Positions 52,209 through 61,550 of a stretch of DNA of 64,000 nucleotides are shown one piece after another; position 1 is the stretch's first letter; each line of letters begins with the position of its first letter. Below the pieces are notes generated by a model. It was not told the origin of the DNA. It saw nothing but the letters and a program-made list of their open reading frames with translations, and ran no database searches. Source of the stretch: an uncultured Gemmatimonadota bacterium (lineage in GTDB: Bacteria; Gemmatimonadota; Gemmatimonadetes; Palauibacterales; Palauibacteraceae); assembly GCA_964480515.1 (NCBI GenBank), contig CAYZOT010000001.1:215288-279287 (forward strand). Direction: 5' to 3'. A program made the position numbers and the translations under genes.

Positions 52209-52544
52209 GTGAAGCACTTGAAACCGATTAACCAGAAAGCCGGCCGCATCGAGGCACAAATTGTTCGCGAACAACTCGATGTAGTGGGACTTGAGAGCGC
52301 TCCGCCAACAGGGCCACACATTCCCATAGGCTGCTCACTGGTGTTCGCTCCCGGCTGGGAGGTAGACTCTAGTGGCGGTACCGCAGGTCTATGCCAACCC
52401 GTGGAGCGTGACCTGTTCGATTGTCACTTGGCCTGCTTCTGGCCGGCTCATGTCCCGGACCAACTCAACCATGCACAGGACTGGACCGGAAGATGCGCAG
52501 CAGCCCAGAAAGACTGGCGCAAACTCGACCTAGTATTCCCGTGA
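52209..52544 (+). CDS. qhpC: Quinohemoprotein amine dehydrogenase gamma subunit precursor (CTQ peptide)
   Basis: Leader MKHLKPIN.KA; GC....PGWEVD, LCQP.E.DL..C...C.WPA.VPD, DWRKL..VFP. Confidence 0.96.
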   Translation: MKHLKPINQKAGRIEAQIVREQLDVVGLESAPPTGPHIPIGCSLVFAPGWEVDSSGGTAGLCQPVERDLFDCHLACFWPAHVPDQLNHAQDWTGRCAAAQKDWRKLDLVFP

Positions 52545-53662
52545 TTCGATACCGCTTCTCCCCAATACTCCTTCTCACAGGTTTCCTTGTAATCAGCCTG
52601 CCGGTGTCGGTATCCGCACAAGACAACGGGGATAACGCCTATTGGTACATGGGTAACTACGGGAACGAGGTTATCGTTTGGGATGAAGCTACCGAACAGA
52701 TCGTGGACTACATTCCAGTTAAGCGCGCGATCGCCTTGGGTCTCACAGTCTCAAGAGACCATTCCCGCCTTTTCGTGGTAGATCCCTTTCGCGAGACAAT
52801 TGAAATTGTCGACATAGGTACAAAGAAATCAGTCGGTGAGTTTACACTATCAAGAGGTCGTACTAGGACTTGGATCAGTTCGTTTGAGGTGCACCCAAGC
52901 TTGGAATGGGCTGCGATACTGGTGCAGAGCCGGACCAAGCTCGTCGACCGGTACGAAATCTCTGATCCGACCATCCTGAAATACGACCTGACCACCTATG
53001 CGGTTACGGATACCATTCCGTGGCCGGACGATGAATCCGAAACTGCTCGCGGATCTTGGCGCTTGAACTCGCCTAATTTCCGGTTCTCTCCGGACGGCGA
53101 ACTCCTCTACATGTTCACCGATGACTTGATTGCACTTAACTCAGCCGATTTCAGTGAAGTCGATCGCTGGGAAATCTCCGAACCGTTCGAACCCGGGCTA
53201 GGTGAGATGTCTCTTCCTTTCGGCGAAAGTCCGTATCAGGAGGAAGAAGGCATCTACACGGGGCTCTTCCGAATGACGGACCCCGTCCAAAACCGTCGCC
53301 TTATGGGGATCGCTACGGTTGATATGGCGAGGAAGGAAGTGGATTTCCAACCGATCGGGCCGTCGGAATCGGTCACCTTCCGCATCTCACCAGATGGAAC
53401 CAAGGGATATGGACTAAAATCGCAAATCGGACATTACGAAATGTGGAAGTTCGATCTCACTGCCCCACGTGTTTCGGATCGGATCACGTTCGAGGGACGA
53501 CCTCGGATGGCCCTGATGCCAAGTGCTGACGGAACGCGGATCTTCATCTATAACGCCGGGAATACGATCGACGTATACGATGAGGCCACGTTCGAATACC
53601 TCCGAACCATTGACTTAGGCGCTGACATGACGGGAGTGGTCGTAGTCCCCGACCCAGAGTGA
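52541..53662 (+). CDS. qhpB: Quinohemoprotein amine dehydrogenase beta subunit (beta-propeller)
   Basis: GTG overlapping the qhpC stop; signal peptide ending VSA-QD; SPDG propeller repeats; C-terminal GADM; located after qhpC. Confidence 0.85.
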   Translation: MIRYRFSPILLLTGFLVISLPVSVSAQDNGDNAYWYMGNYGNEVIVWDEATEQIVDYIPVKRAIALGLTVSRDHSRLFVVDPFRETIEIVDIGTKKSVGEFTLSRGRTRTWISSFEVHPSLEWAAILVQSRTKLVDRYEISDPTILKYDLTTYAVTDTIPWPDDESETARGSWRLNSPNFRFSPDGELLYMFTDDLIALNSADFSEVDRWEISEPFEPGLGEMSLPFGESPYQEEEGIYTGLFRMTDPVQNRRLMGIATVDMARKEVDFQPIGPSESVTFRISPDGTKGYGLKSQIGHYEMWKFDLTAPRVSDRITFEGRPRMALMPSADGTRIFIYNAGNTIDVYDEATFEYLRTIDLGADMTGVVVVPDPE

Positions 53663-53669
53663 TTCACGG

Positions 53670-55397
53670 GTGATTGTCGACCCACACTTTCGACGGGCCC
53701 TCGCGTACGTTCGACCCTATACGTGGGCACTGCTGCCTGTGGTCTTGATGTCGCTTGGAGGGACTGGACTCTCACTCGTACTCCCCTACCTGTCCAAAGT
53801 ACTTATTGATGATGGAATTCTTAGTCAGAACTTTCCTGCTCTAGTCCGGACCATCGCCCTGTTCTTGGGCGTCACGATCTTGAGCTTCGGCGTGAATGTA
53901 GCCAGTGGGATGAGATACACGCGGGTGTCCGCTGACATTCTCTTCGACATGAGATTAGCGCTGTATCGGCACTTACAGCGCTTGTCCCCGCGATTTTATG
54001 CAACGAGGCCACTTGGCGATGTCGTGTCACGCATTAACAACGACATCGGTGAAATTCAGCGTGTAACAGCCGACACGGCACTAGGTTGGTTGGGTAACGT
54101 CCTGTTTCTTATCGGAACGGTGGCGATGCTGATCTGGCTGGACGTCCGGTTATTTCTGGTCGGATTAATCTCGCTTCCCCCAAGCCTTTGGGCTCTCCTT
54201 AAATACCGACAGCAGCTCGAAACACGCGTTACCCAACTACGTGAGCGAAGCGCAAATATTGGAAGTTTCCTGATTGAAACGCTTCAGGGAATGCGGGTCG
54301 TCGTTGCTTCGAATGCTCAAGAACGCGAGACAACACGTTTTCGGGGCCACAACGATCGATTTGTCCAGTCTCTGCTATCGATGCGTTGGTTTACGTACTT
54401 GGCCGGTGGGCTTCCAGGGTTACTACTACAGGTGGGTACCGCAGCGGTGTTCCTTTACGGTGGATATCGCGTAATTACAGGCGAAACAACGCTCGGCACC
54501 TTTGTCGCCGTCATGGCCTATCAAATGCGACTCCTAGTGCCCGTTCAGGCCCTGATGGGACTGTATGCAAACCTTGCTAGTGCACGCGCGTCGCTTGTCC
54601 GTGTCCACGAAATACTCGATACAGAACCGGATGTGAAGGAGAATGACCACCCCACCCGATTGCACGAAGTGTCGGGCCAACTTGCATTCGATCGAGTGCG
54701 GTTCGGGTTTGGTCGAGGCTATACCGTGCTCGATTCCGTCAGCTTTGAGATTCCTGCCGGCCAGGTCATCGCACTCGTCGGGGCGAGTGGAAGTGGGAAG
54801 TCGACCGTTGCGGACCTGCTTATCCGACAGCTTGACCCTGAAGAAGGACGGGTCCTATTGGATGGGTACGACTTACGGGACTTGGCACTCGAAGATGTCC
54901 GTCGGAATATTGCCGTGGTCGACCAGAATCCGTTCATCTTCCACTCTTCAATGGCTGAAAACATTCGTTACGCACGCCCTGACGCAACTGATCAAGAGGT
55001 GGCACTATCAGCTGAAGCCGCCGCCTTAAGCGATCTGATCGCGTCGCTACCGGATGGACTCGACACAATCGTGGGTGAGCATGGTCAGCAGTTATCTGTA
55101 GGTGAACGACAGCGACTAGCTGTGGCAAGAGCTTTTCTCACCCGTCCAGCAATCCTGATCCTTGATGAAGCAACAGGAGCACTTGATCCGGTTTCCGAGA
55201 AACAGGTGCTCGCGGGACACAATGCTCTGATGTCTGGTCGCACAACGGTAATCATCACTCACCGTTCCGCACTCGCCAAACAAGCAGATCGCATCATTGT
55301 GATTCGCGATGGACATATCGCCGAAGACGGACCAGCTACTGAACTTGCAACCCGTGAAGGTCCCTTCCAAGCGTTATTCGCCACTGAAGGCATGTGA
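53670..55397 (+). CDS. qhpF: ABC exporter, fused permease-ATPase (QhpF)
   Basis: 6-TM domain + GASGSGKST, LSVGERQR, ILDEAT; inside the qhp operon. Confidence 0.88.
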   Translation: MIVDPHFRRALAYVRPYTWALLPVVLMSLGGTGLSLVLPYLSKVLIDDGILSQNFPALVRTIALFLGVTILSFGVNVASGMRYTRVSADILFDMRLALYRHLQRLSPRFYATRPLGDVVSRINNDIGEIQRVTADTALGWLGNVLFLIGTVAMLIWLDVRLFLVGLISLPPSLWALLKYRQQLETRVTQLRERSANIGSFLIETLQGMRVVVASNAQERETTRFRGHNDRFVQSLLSMRWFTYLAGGLPGLLLQVGTAAVFLYGGYRVITGETTLGTFVAVMAYQMRLLVPVQALMGLYANLASARASLVRVHEILDTEPDVKENDHPTRLHEVSGQLAFDRVRFGFGRGYTVLDSVSFEIPAGQVIALVGASGSGKSTVADLLIRQLDPEEGRVLLDGYDLRDLALEDVRRNIAVVDQNPFIFHSSMAENIRYARPDATDQEVALSAEAAALSDLIASLPDGLDTIVGEHGQQLSVGERQRLAVARAFLTRPAILILDEATGALDPVSEKQVLAGHNALMSGRTTVIITHRSALAKQADRIIVIRDGHIAEDGPATELATREGPFQALFATEGM

Positions 55398-56155
55398 TTG
55401 GACTTTTGAAGATCGAATCGACCGAGGCGCGGAACGGAGAGCTGCCCAGATTAGTCCGATGCGGAGAACCACCGCTCGGAGGTCGTACGGGACGTGGAAT
55501 TTCCATCGCAGTTATTGATAGTGGATACCACCCCGGCCACCCACATATAGAGCGGATTGCGGGTGGTGTTGAGTTCAATTCCGCTGGTGAACCCAGCAAT
55601 GACCTCGTGGACCGGTTAGGGCACGGGACGGCGGTCACCGCGGCAATACAAGAGAAAGCACCGGAGGCCGATATCCACGTCGTGCGGGTTTTTCACGATA
55701 TGCTTGCAATCAGTTCACGGACGCTTGCCACTGCGATTGATTGGGCAAGCGAATCAGGCTGTCGGATTGCGAATTTGAGCCTGGGGACCCCTCACGAATT
55801 TCGGGTAGAGGACTTAGCCCCGGCTGTAGAACGCGCCGTAGAACGAGGGACAATTATTGTGTCTGCGTACGAACTCGAAAAAGAGCGTTGGTTCCCAGGA
55901 AGCTTATCGGGTGCGTTGGGGGTGATACTCGATTGGGATTGCCCAAGAGATGCTGTCAGGATCGAAACTCGTTCGGACCGGTCGATCGTAGCTGCTTCAG
56001 GTTATCCCCGCCCAATACCGGGTGTCCCGCCTGAGCGTAATTTGAAAGGGATCAGCTTTGCCGTGGCTAATACATCCGGGATGCTCGCGCTCGCGTTAGA
56101 AGATCGCCCTGACGTACGGACATCGGATGCTTCTATCGAGGCACTATCACCATAA
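55394..56155 (+). CDS. qhpE: Subtilisin-like leader peptidase (QhpE)
   Basis: IDSG / GHGT / GISFA catalytic triad, NLSLG, no signal peptide, GTGA overlap with qhpF. Confidence 0.88.
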   Translation: MIGLLKIESTEARNGELPRLVRCGEPPLGGRTGRGISIAVIDSGYHPGHPHIERIAGGVEFNSAGEPSNDLVDRLGHGTAVTAAIQEKAPEADIHVVRVFHDMLAISSRTLATAIDWASESGCRIANLSLGTPHEFRVEDLAPAVERAVERGTIIVSAYELEKERWFPGSLSGALGVILDWDCPRDAVRIETRSDRSIVAASGYPRPIPGVPPERNLKGISFAVANTSGMLALALEDRPDVRTSDASIEALSP

Positions 56156-56211
56156 CCTCATTCTTCCAAGATGTTTCGAAACTCAAAACATTAGCCACAA
56201 GCAACATTCCT

Positions 56212-56634
56212 TCATAACGGGCGTTCAAAATCGACTATGTTCTCCCATTCCCGCGCGTCTGAGCGTGCGACAACAGCAACTACCGGATCGGTGTCACTCA
56301 TGTTGAAAACCTCGTGGGGAACTCCGGGCTCAATGAAGATGAAGTCCCCCGCCTCGTTCTCCAGCACATTCTCTAGACGCGGACCAAACTCATGCCGCAC
56401 ACGCCCCTCGAGGATATAGAGCATTACCTCGAAACCAACGTGGATGTGTGCGTAAGCAATCCCTCCAGGCGGTATCCTTGCAACATTCATGGACAAAGCT
56501 TTCGACCCTACGTTTTCCGCCCACATGCCGCTCTTGTATTCAATCCCGTTCCAGTGGCGGAGTTCCACCCCTGTCCGGATCGTCGAGATGCCATCGTGCT
56601 TCTCGACAACTGACTCTGGTATCCTATCTGTCAT
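56212..56634 (-). CDS. Cupin domain protein
   Basis: AHIH..FE....ILEG; GDFI.I.PG.PH. Confidence 0.88.
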   Translation of the reverse strand: MTDRIPESVVEKHDGISTIRTGVELRHWNGIEYKSGMWAENVGSKALSMNVARIPPGGIAYAHIHVGFEVMLYILEGRVRHEFGPRLENVLENEAGDFIFIEPGVPHEVFNMSDTDPVVAVVARSDAREWENIVDFERPL

Positions 56635-56689
56635 GGTTTCGTTTCCGTTCGATTTCGTTAGATGGTGGTCTCAGAGTTTGATCCATAGC

Positions 56690-57706
56690 CTACGCTACCT
56701 CTCCTGCGTCCACCACGAGCACACCTGATCCGTCAATTGAATCTCTTTTCAACGCCAATAGAGCCTCGTTCGCCTCCGCCAGTGGGAAACGTGTAATCTT
56801 TGGACGGATGGGGATCTCTGTCGCAATGCGCAGGAGGTCCATACCGTCGTCGCGAGTGTTGGCTTCGACACTTTGGAGTCTCTTTTCGTGGAAGAGATGA
56901 CTTTCGTAGTCGAGTGCCGGGATCCTGCTCATGTGAATTCCAGCAAGTGTCACTGTCCCGCCTGGACCGACGGCTTCCAGCGTTGGCGGGACCACCTCTC
57001 CAGCAGGAGCAAAGATGATCGCTGAATCCATATCAATTGGAGGAGAATCTCCTGGTCCGCCCACCCATGTGGCACCCATGCTTTGGGCTAGCTCACGGTG
57101 TCCTTCTCCACGCGTAACCACGTAAACATCATAACCCCGATAACAAGCGATCTGGAGCACAACATGGGCAGATGAGCCGAAACCCACGAGGAGGAGATTC
57201 CCTTTTGAGGGCACTTCAGCACGACTTAAGGCGCGGTACCCAATAATCCCGGCGCATAAAAGTGGGGCAGCCTCATCGTTCCCAAATTCAGGGGGTATTG
57301 CATAAGCAAAGTCCTCGGATACGGTCGCAAAATCAGCATACCCGCCGTTTTCATGGTACCCTGTGTATGATGATCGGCGGCACAGATTTTCCCGTCCTGT
57401 AGTGCAACATGAACAATCACCACAAGTCCCTCTCAACCATGCGATCCCCACACGGTCGCCAAGCGAGAACTGACTTGCCCCTTCACCCATCGCATCGACA
57501 ATACCGATCACTTGGTGGCCGAGAATCAGTGGTAAACGTCTCGGGATCAGATCTCCTTCAATTACGTGAAGATCGGTTCGGCAGATTCCGCACACCTTCA
57601 CTCGGACCCGGATCTCGCCCCACTTCGGCTCAGGATCAGGCAGTTCAATGAGACGAAGCGGTCGACTCTCGATGGGACCATGACGATCGAGGACGCAGGC
57701 ACGCAT
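56690..57706 (-). CDS. Zinc-dependent alcohol dehydrogenase family protein
   Basis: CGICRTDLH, GHQ..G, C..C..C.......C structural Zn, APLLCAG.IG. Confidence 0.92.
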   Translation of the reverse strand: MRACVLDRHGPIESRPLRLIELPDPEPKWGEIRVRVKVCGICRTDLHVIEGDLIPRRLPLILGHQVIGIVDAMGEGASQFSLGDRVGIAWLRGTCGDCSCCTTGRENLCRRSSYTGYHENGGYADFATVSEDFAYAIPPEFGNDEAAPLLCAGIIGYRALSRAEVPSKGNLLLVGFGSSAHVVLQIACYRGYDVYVVTRGEGHRELAQSMGATWVGGPGDSPPIDMDSAIIFAPAGEVVPPTLEAVGPGGTVTLAGIHMSRIPALDYESHLFHEKRLQSVEANTRDDGMDLLRIATEIPIRPKITRFPLAEANEALLALKRDSIDGSGVLVVDAGEVA

Positions 57707-57744
57707 AGATCAGGCTCTCCGAGATCACTCTCTCTTTGACTCTA

Positions 57745-58628
57745 GCTCACCGTTCCTGAAGAGGTCCTTGAAGGAAATACACGGGATCGGTCGGAAGCGC
57801 CGCAACATCAATGATTTTGCCTGCTGCCATGACGACCGACTGTCGTCGGATGTTCTTAATGTCCTGAAGTGGGCTGGCATCGAGGACAAGAAGATCGGCG
57901 AGCTTGCCCACCTCAATCGTACCAAACTCGTCTAGCTGGCCAGCAGCAATGGCACCGTTCTTCGTAGCAGATACGATGGCATCTCCAGGACTCATACCAA
58001 GTTCCACCAGCCCTTCAATCGCAAGCAGCGTCCCAATCCCCGGCTCCTGCCAGATCGGCTTTGGGGCTCGTGTGAATTGAAGATCTGCTGCGGGGTTGTT
58101 ATCCGTCCCAAGAGTCACGATACAGCCGCCCTCAATCATCTTCGTTGCGTTGAGCCGGGACATCTCGGCACTGTGCCCCAGTGCGTTTCGCTCTCGTCGG
58201 AGTTGATACGACGTCTTCTCACGATGTACGGGACGCCGCAGGCGACCCCAGTCCGTCCCTTCTGCCTCAGCAACAAGGCGCCGCTCTGCTGCCGCCTTAT
58301 CGGCCAAATGCTTCTGCCACGCCGGTCCCGTCCACCTGTTCACCAACATCGAGCAGATGATCCCACGTTCCCGGATCTGATCAACGAGTTCGTCGGACAT
58401 CTCACGGTCAGCCAGAACTTCCGGGTGTTGAATGAGATCAATCCCAGCTTCGATTGAGAGTCGGAGTCCTTCCGGATTTGTGGAATGGATTTCAGCGATG
58501 AGGCCGCGTGCGTGCGTTTCCTCAACGATGACACGCTGCGCCTCGGGTGAGAACGCGATCAATGTGGGGAAGGCCCAGTGGCTTGTTCCGCCGTATTTGA
58601 CAAAGTCCACGCCCTTATCAAGGTAGTC
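57745..58628. repeat. 884-bp exact direct repeat, copy 1 (3' half of amidohydrolase A)
   Basis: Line-by-line comparison with 60667-61550 (offset 2922) showed no mismatch; first mismatch at 58629 G vs 61551 A. Confidence 0.95.
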
Positions 58629-59285
58629 GTTGATCGCAACACGGAGCTCCTCCGGATACATGTCCATGAGCTCCTCACCCGCCCCCTGTGCGATGTGATC
58701 GGAGAACTGCTCCTCGTATAGGGAAAGGTCATCTTCAGGGATGAGCGCGAAGGTGATCGAATAAGGGCCACCCCACCCGACGATGTTGCCCGCCACCTGA
58801 AGCCGCGGCCCGATGGCCTCTCCAGACGCGATCGCATCCCGAACCTGCTTGAGTTCGGGGAGAGCACCATAACTGTCGCGAAGGTGCGTCACTCCATGTT
58901 TAAGATGCATCTGAGCCGATTCTAGTGTGAGTTCTGGACCCATCATCCTATAAAATACCGAACTCTCTTTCCGAGCCTTGTTGCCCCCCCCATAGAGTGA
59001 GATGTGTACGTTAGTATCGACGAACCCAGGCGTAACAAACTTCCCGGCCCCGTTGATCACCGTTGCTCCAGAAGGGACATCGGTGGATGCCGTTGGCCCC
59101 ACAGCAACAATCCTTGAGCCTTCGACGACTATGGTAACCCCCTCAACTGGGGGCCCTCCGTTCCCATCGATGAGTGTCGCTCCGACAACCGCCGTCGCCT
59201 GCCCCTCAATTCCGTGGGGGAGAACAGCTGTGGCCAGAGATATTAGGGTAAGGGTGGCGAAAAACCCCTTTGCGAGTTGATACAT
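57747..59285 (-). CDS. Secreted amidohydrolase-superfamily protein A
   Basis: Signal peptide; GATLIDG.G, PGFVDTNVH, VK, IH, QHP, GTD, G.IEVGKLADL.VL...PL.DI.N. Confidence 0.88.
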   Translation of the reverse strand: MYQLAKGFFATLTLISLATAVLPHGIEGQATAVVGATLIDGNGGPPVEGVTIVVEGSRIVAVGPTASTDVPSGATVINGAGKFVTPGFVDTNVHISLYGGGNKARKESSVFYRMMGPELTLESAQMHLKHGVTHLRDSYGALPELKQVRDAIASGEAIGPRLQVAGNIVGWGGPYSITFALIPEDDLSLYEEQFSDHIAQGAGEELMDMYPEELRVAINDYLDKGVDFVKYGGTSHWAFPTLIAFSPEAQRVIVEETHARGLIAEIHSTNPEGLRLSIEAGIDLIQHPEVLADREMSDELVDQIRERGIICSMLVNRWTGPAWQKHLADKAAAERRLVAEAEGTDWGRLRRPVHREKTSYQLRRERNALGHSAEMSRLNATKMIEGGCIVTLGTDNNPAADLQFTRAPKPIWQEPGIGTLLAIEGLVELGMSPGDAIVSATKNGAIAAGQLDEFGTIEVGKLADLLVLDASPLQDIKNIRRQSVVMAAGKIIDVAALPTDPVYFLQGPLQER

Positions 59286-59570
59286 TGATAGCCTCCTGTC
59301 AGTCTGAGCTTGCGAACAATCACAATAACAGAACTAATGGAATCGGAGTAGCGGGTCAGCGCGTTCCCCTCCTTCAAAACAATCGCGAGAAAAATGAAGA
59401 GATATAGCTACACAGAGTCTTTCAGATCGACCAAGACGTTATGGGTTACGTTTCGCTTCCAATCTAGGCTTGGCTTGAGTGCGCGTGCGCATTAGCGTGT
59501 CATTTCACCGAGTTCAAACCTTCACGTTAGAGTAGGGTGAGGACACAAAAAATCGGCATGGGAGACTGAG

Positions 59571-60635
59571 ATGGTTCAGGGTACGAGCACGTTTCCAATC
59601 ACACGAGTCAAAGACTCACGACGCGAGTCGGTCGACTTCGACAATCTACCATTCGGCACAGTCTGGTCGGACCACATGTTCGTGGCAGATTACGCGGATG
59701 GGGCTTGGAGTCGAGGAAAAATCCAGCCCTATGGCCCCATCGAGATCCACCCAAGCGCCAAGGCGCTTCAGTACGCGGTTTCAGGGTTCGAGGGATTTAA
59801 AGCACACAAGATGCCCACAGGAGAATGCGCGGTTTTTCGTCCGGAGATGAACCGGAACCGACTCAACAGAACTGCGCAGCGCCTGATGATGCCAGAAGTT
59901 CCCGAAGAGTTGTTCTTTGACGCAATGCGTGAACTGCTCGAGGTCGATAAAGACTGGCTTCCCGACGCAGACCAAGGAGCACTCTATATCCGACCGAGTT
60001 ACTTCGGAATCACGCCGACCTTAACAGTGGCCCCTGGCGATGCGTTTCGTCTCGTAATCATGACTTGTCCTGTGGGCGGCTACTTTTCAGACGATATTAG
60101 TCTGACTATTACCCGAGAATACGTGCGCGCATTTCCGGGCGGCACTGGCTCCAACAAGCTTGCAGGCAACTACGCGCCTACGATGCTCGCTTCGGCTCTC
60201 GCCCAGAAACAGGGATATCATAATGTGGTCTGGCTCGACGGAGTCGAGAAACGTTATATCGAAGAGTGCGGTGTGATGAATGTGTTCTTTGTGATCGATG
60301 GCACCGTGGTAACGCCACCTCTTGAAGGAACCATCTTACCGGGAGTCAACCGTGACTCGGCAATCCACTTATTGGCCGACCTCGGAATCCCATGTGAAGA
60401 ACGCCGCGTGTCCGTGGATGAACTCCGCGAAGCGGCTGCAGCGGGAATACTCGAAGAAATGTTTGGCTGCGGCACCGCGGCAGCGATTGCACCGGTCGGC
60501 CGACTGGGGCTCGAGGACGAAGACATTACCCTTGAGTTGGAATCAGATTCCATTGCGAACCGACTCAAGGCAGAACTGTTCGGGATCCAGACCGGGACAA
60601 TCGAAGATCGACACGGATGGTTAATGCGTTTGTAG
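59571..60635 (+). CDS. ilvE: Branched-chain amino acid aminotransferase
   Basis: FG..WSDHM, LQY...FEG.KA, LYIRP, K.AGNY, E.G.MN, IL.G..R.S, GTAA. Confidence 0.93.
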   Translation: MVQGTSTFPITRVKDSRRESVDFDNLPFGTVWSDHMFVADYADGAWSRGKIQPYGPIEIHPSAKALQYAVSGFEGFKAHKMPTGECAVFRPEMNRNRLNRTAQRLMMPEVPEELFFDAMRELLEVDKDWLPDADQGALYIRPSYFGITPTLTVAPGDAFRLVIMTCPVGGYFSDDISLTITREYVRAFPGGTGSNKLAGNYAPTMLASALAQKQGYHNVVWLDGVEKRYIEECGVMNVFFVIDGTVVTPPLEGTILPGVNRDSAIHLLADLGIPCEERRVSVDELREAAAAGILEEMFGCGTAAAIAPVGRLGLEDEDITLELESDSIANRLKAELFGIQTGTIEDRHGWLMRL

Positions 60636-60666
60636 AGAACTACAATAAGCCACGTCAGAGCCCGCT

Positions 60667-61550
60667 GCTCACCGTTCCTGAAGAGGTCCTTGAAGGAAAT
60701 ACACGGGATCGGTCGGAAGCGCCGCAACATCAATGATTTTGCCTGCTGCCATGACGACCGACTGTCGTCGGATGTTCTTAATGTCCTGAAGTGGGCTGGC
60801 ATCGAGGACAAGAAGATCGGCGAGCTTGCCCACCTCAATCGTACCAAACTCGTCTAGCTGGCCAGCAGCAATGGCACCGTTCTTCGTAGCAGATACGATG
60901 GCATCTCCAGGACTCATACCAAGTTCCACCAGCCCTTCAATCGCAAGCAGCGTCCCAATCCCCGGCTCCTGCCAGATCGGCTTTGGGGCTCGTGTGAATT
61001 GAAGATCTGCTGCGGGGTTGTTATCCGTCCCAAGAGTCACGATACAGCCGCCCTCAATCATCTTCGTTGCGTTGAGCCGGGACATCTCGGCACTGTGCCC
61101 CAGTGCGTTTCGCTCTCGTCGGAGTTGATACGACGTCTTCTCACGATGTACGGGACGCCGCAGGCGACCCCAGTCCGTCCCTTCTGCCTCAGCAACAAGG
61201 CGCCGCTCTGCTGCCGCCTTATCGGCCAAATGCTTCTGCCACGCCGGTCCCGTCCACCTGTTCACCAACATCGAGCAGATGATCCCACGTTCCCGGATCT
61301 GATCAACGAGTTCGTCGGACATCTCACGGTCAGCCAGAACTTCCGGGTGTTGAATGAGATCAATCCCAGCTTCGATTGAGAGTCGGAGTCCTTCCGGATT
61401 TGTGGAATGGATTTCAGCGATGAGGCCGCGTGCGTGCGTTTCCTCAACGATGACACGCTGCGCCTCGGGTGAGAACGCGATCAATGTGGGGAAGGCCCAG
61501 TGGCTTGTTCCGCCGTATTTGACAAAGTCCACGCCCTTATCAAGGTAGTC
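60667..61550. repeat. 884-bp exact direct repeat, copy 2 (3' half of amidohydrolase B)
   Basis: Identical to 57745-58628; the ORF track shows the same duplicated shadow ORFs at offset 2922. Confidence 0.95.

Noticed and set aside
50729-56155. Novel RiPP (ranthipeptide) cluster: radical SAM + Cys-rich peptide + ABC exporter + S8 protease
   Set aside because: The peptide is recognisably QhpC and is flanked by the alpha and beta subunit genes, so this is enzyme-subunit maturation.
57745-61550. Composite transposon or IS pair flanking ilvE
   Set aside because: The repeats are amidohydrolase coding sequence, with no transposase, terminal inverted repeats or target-site duplication.
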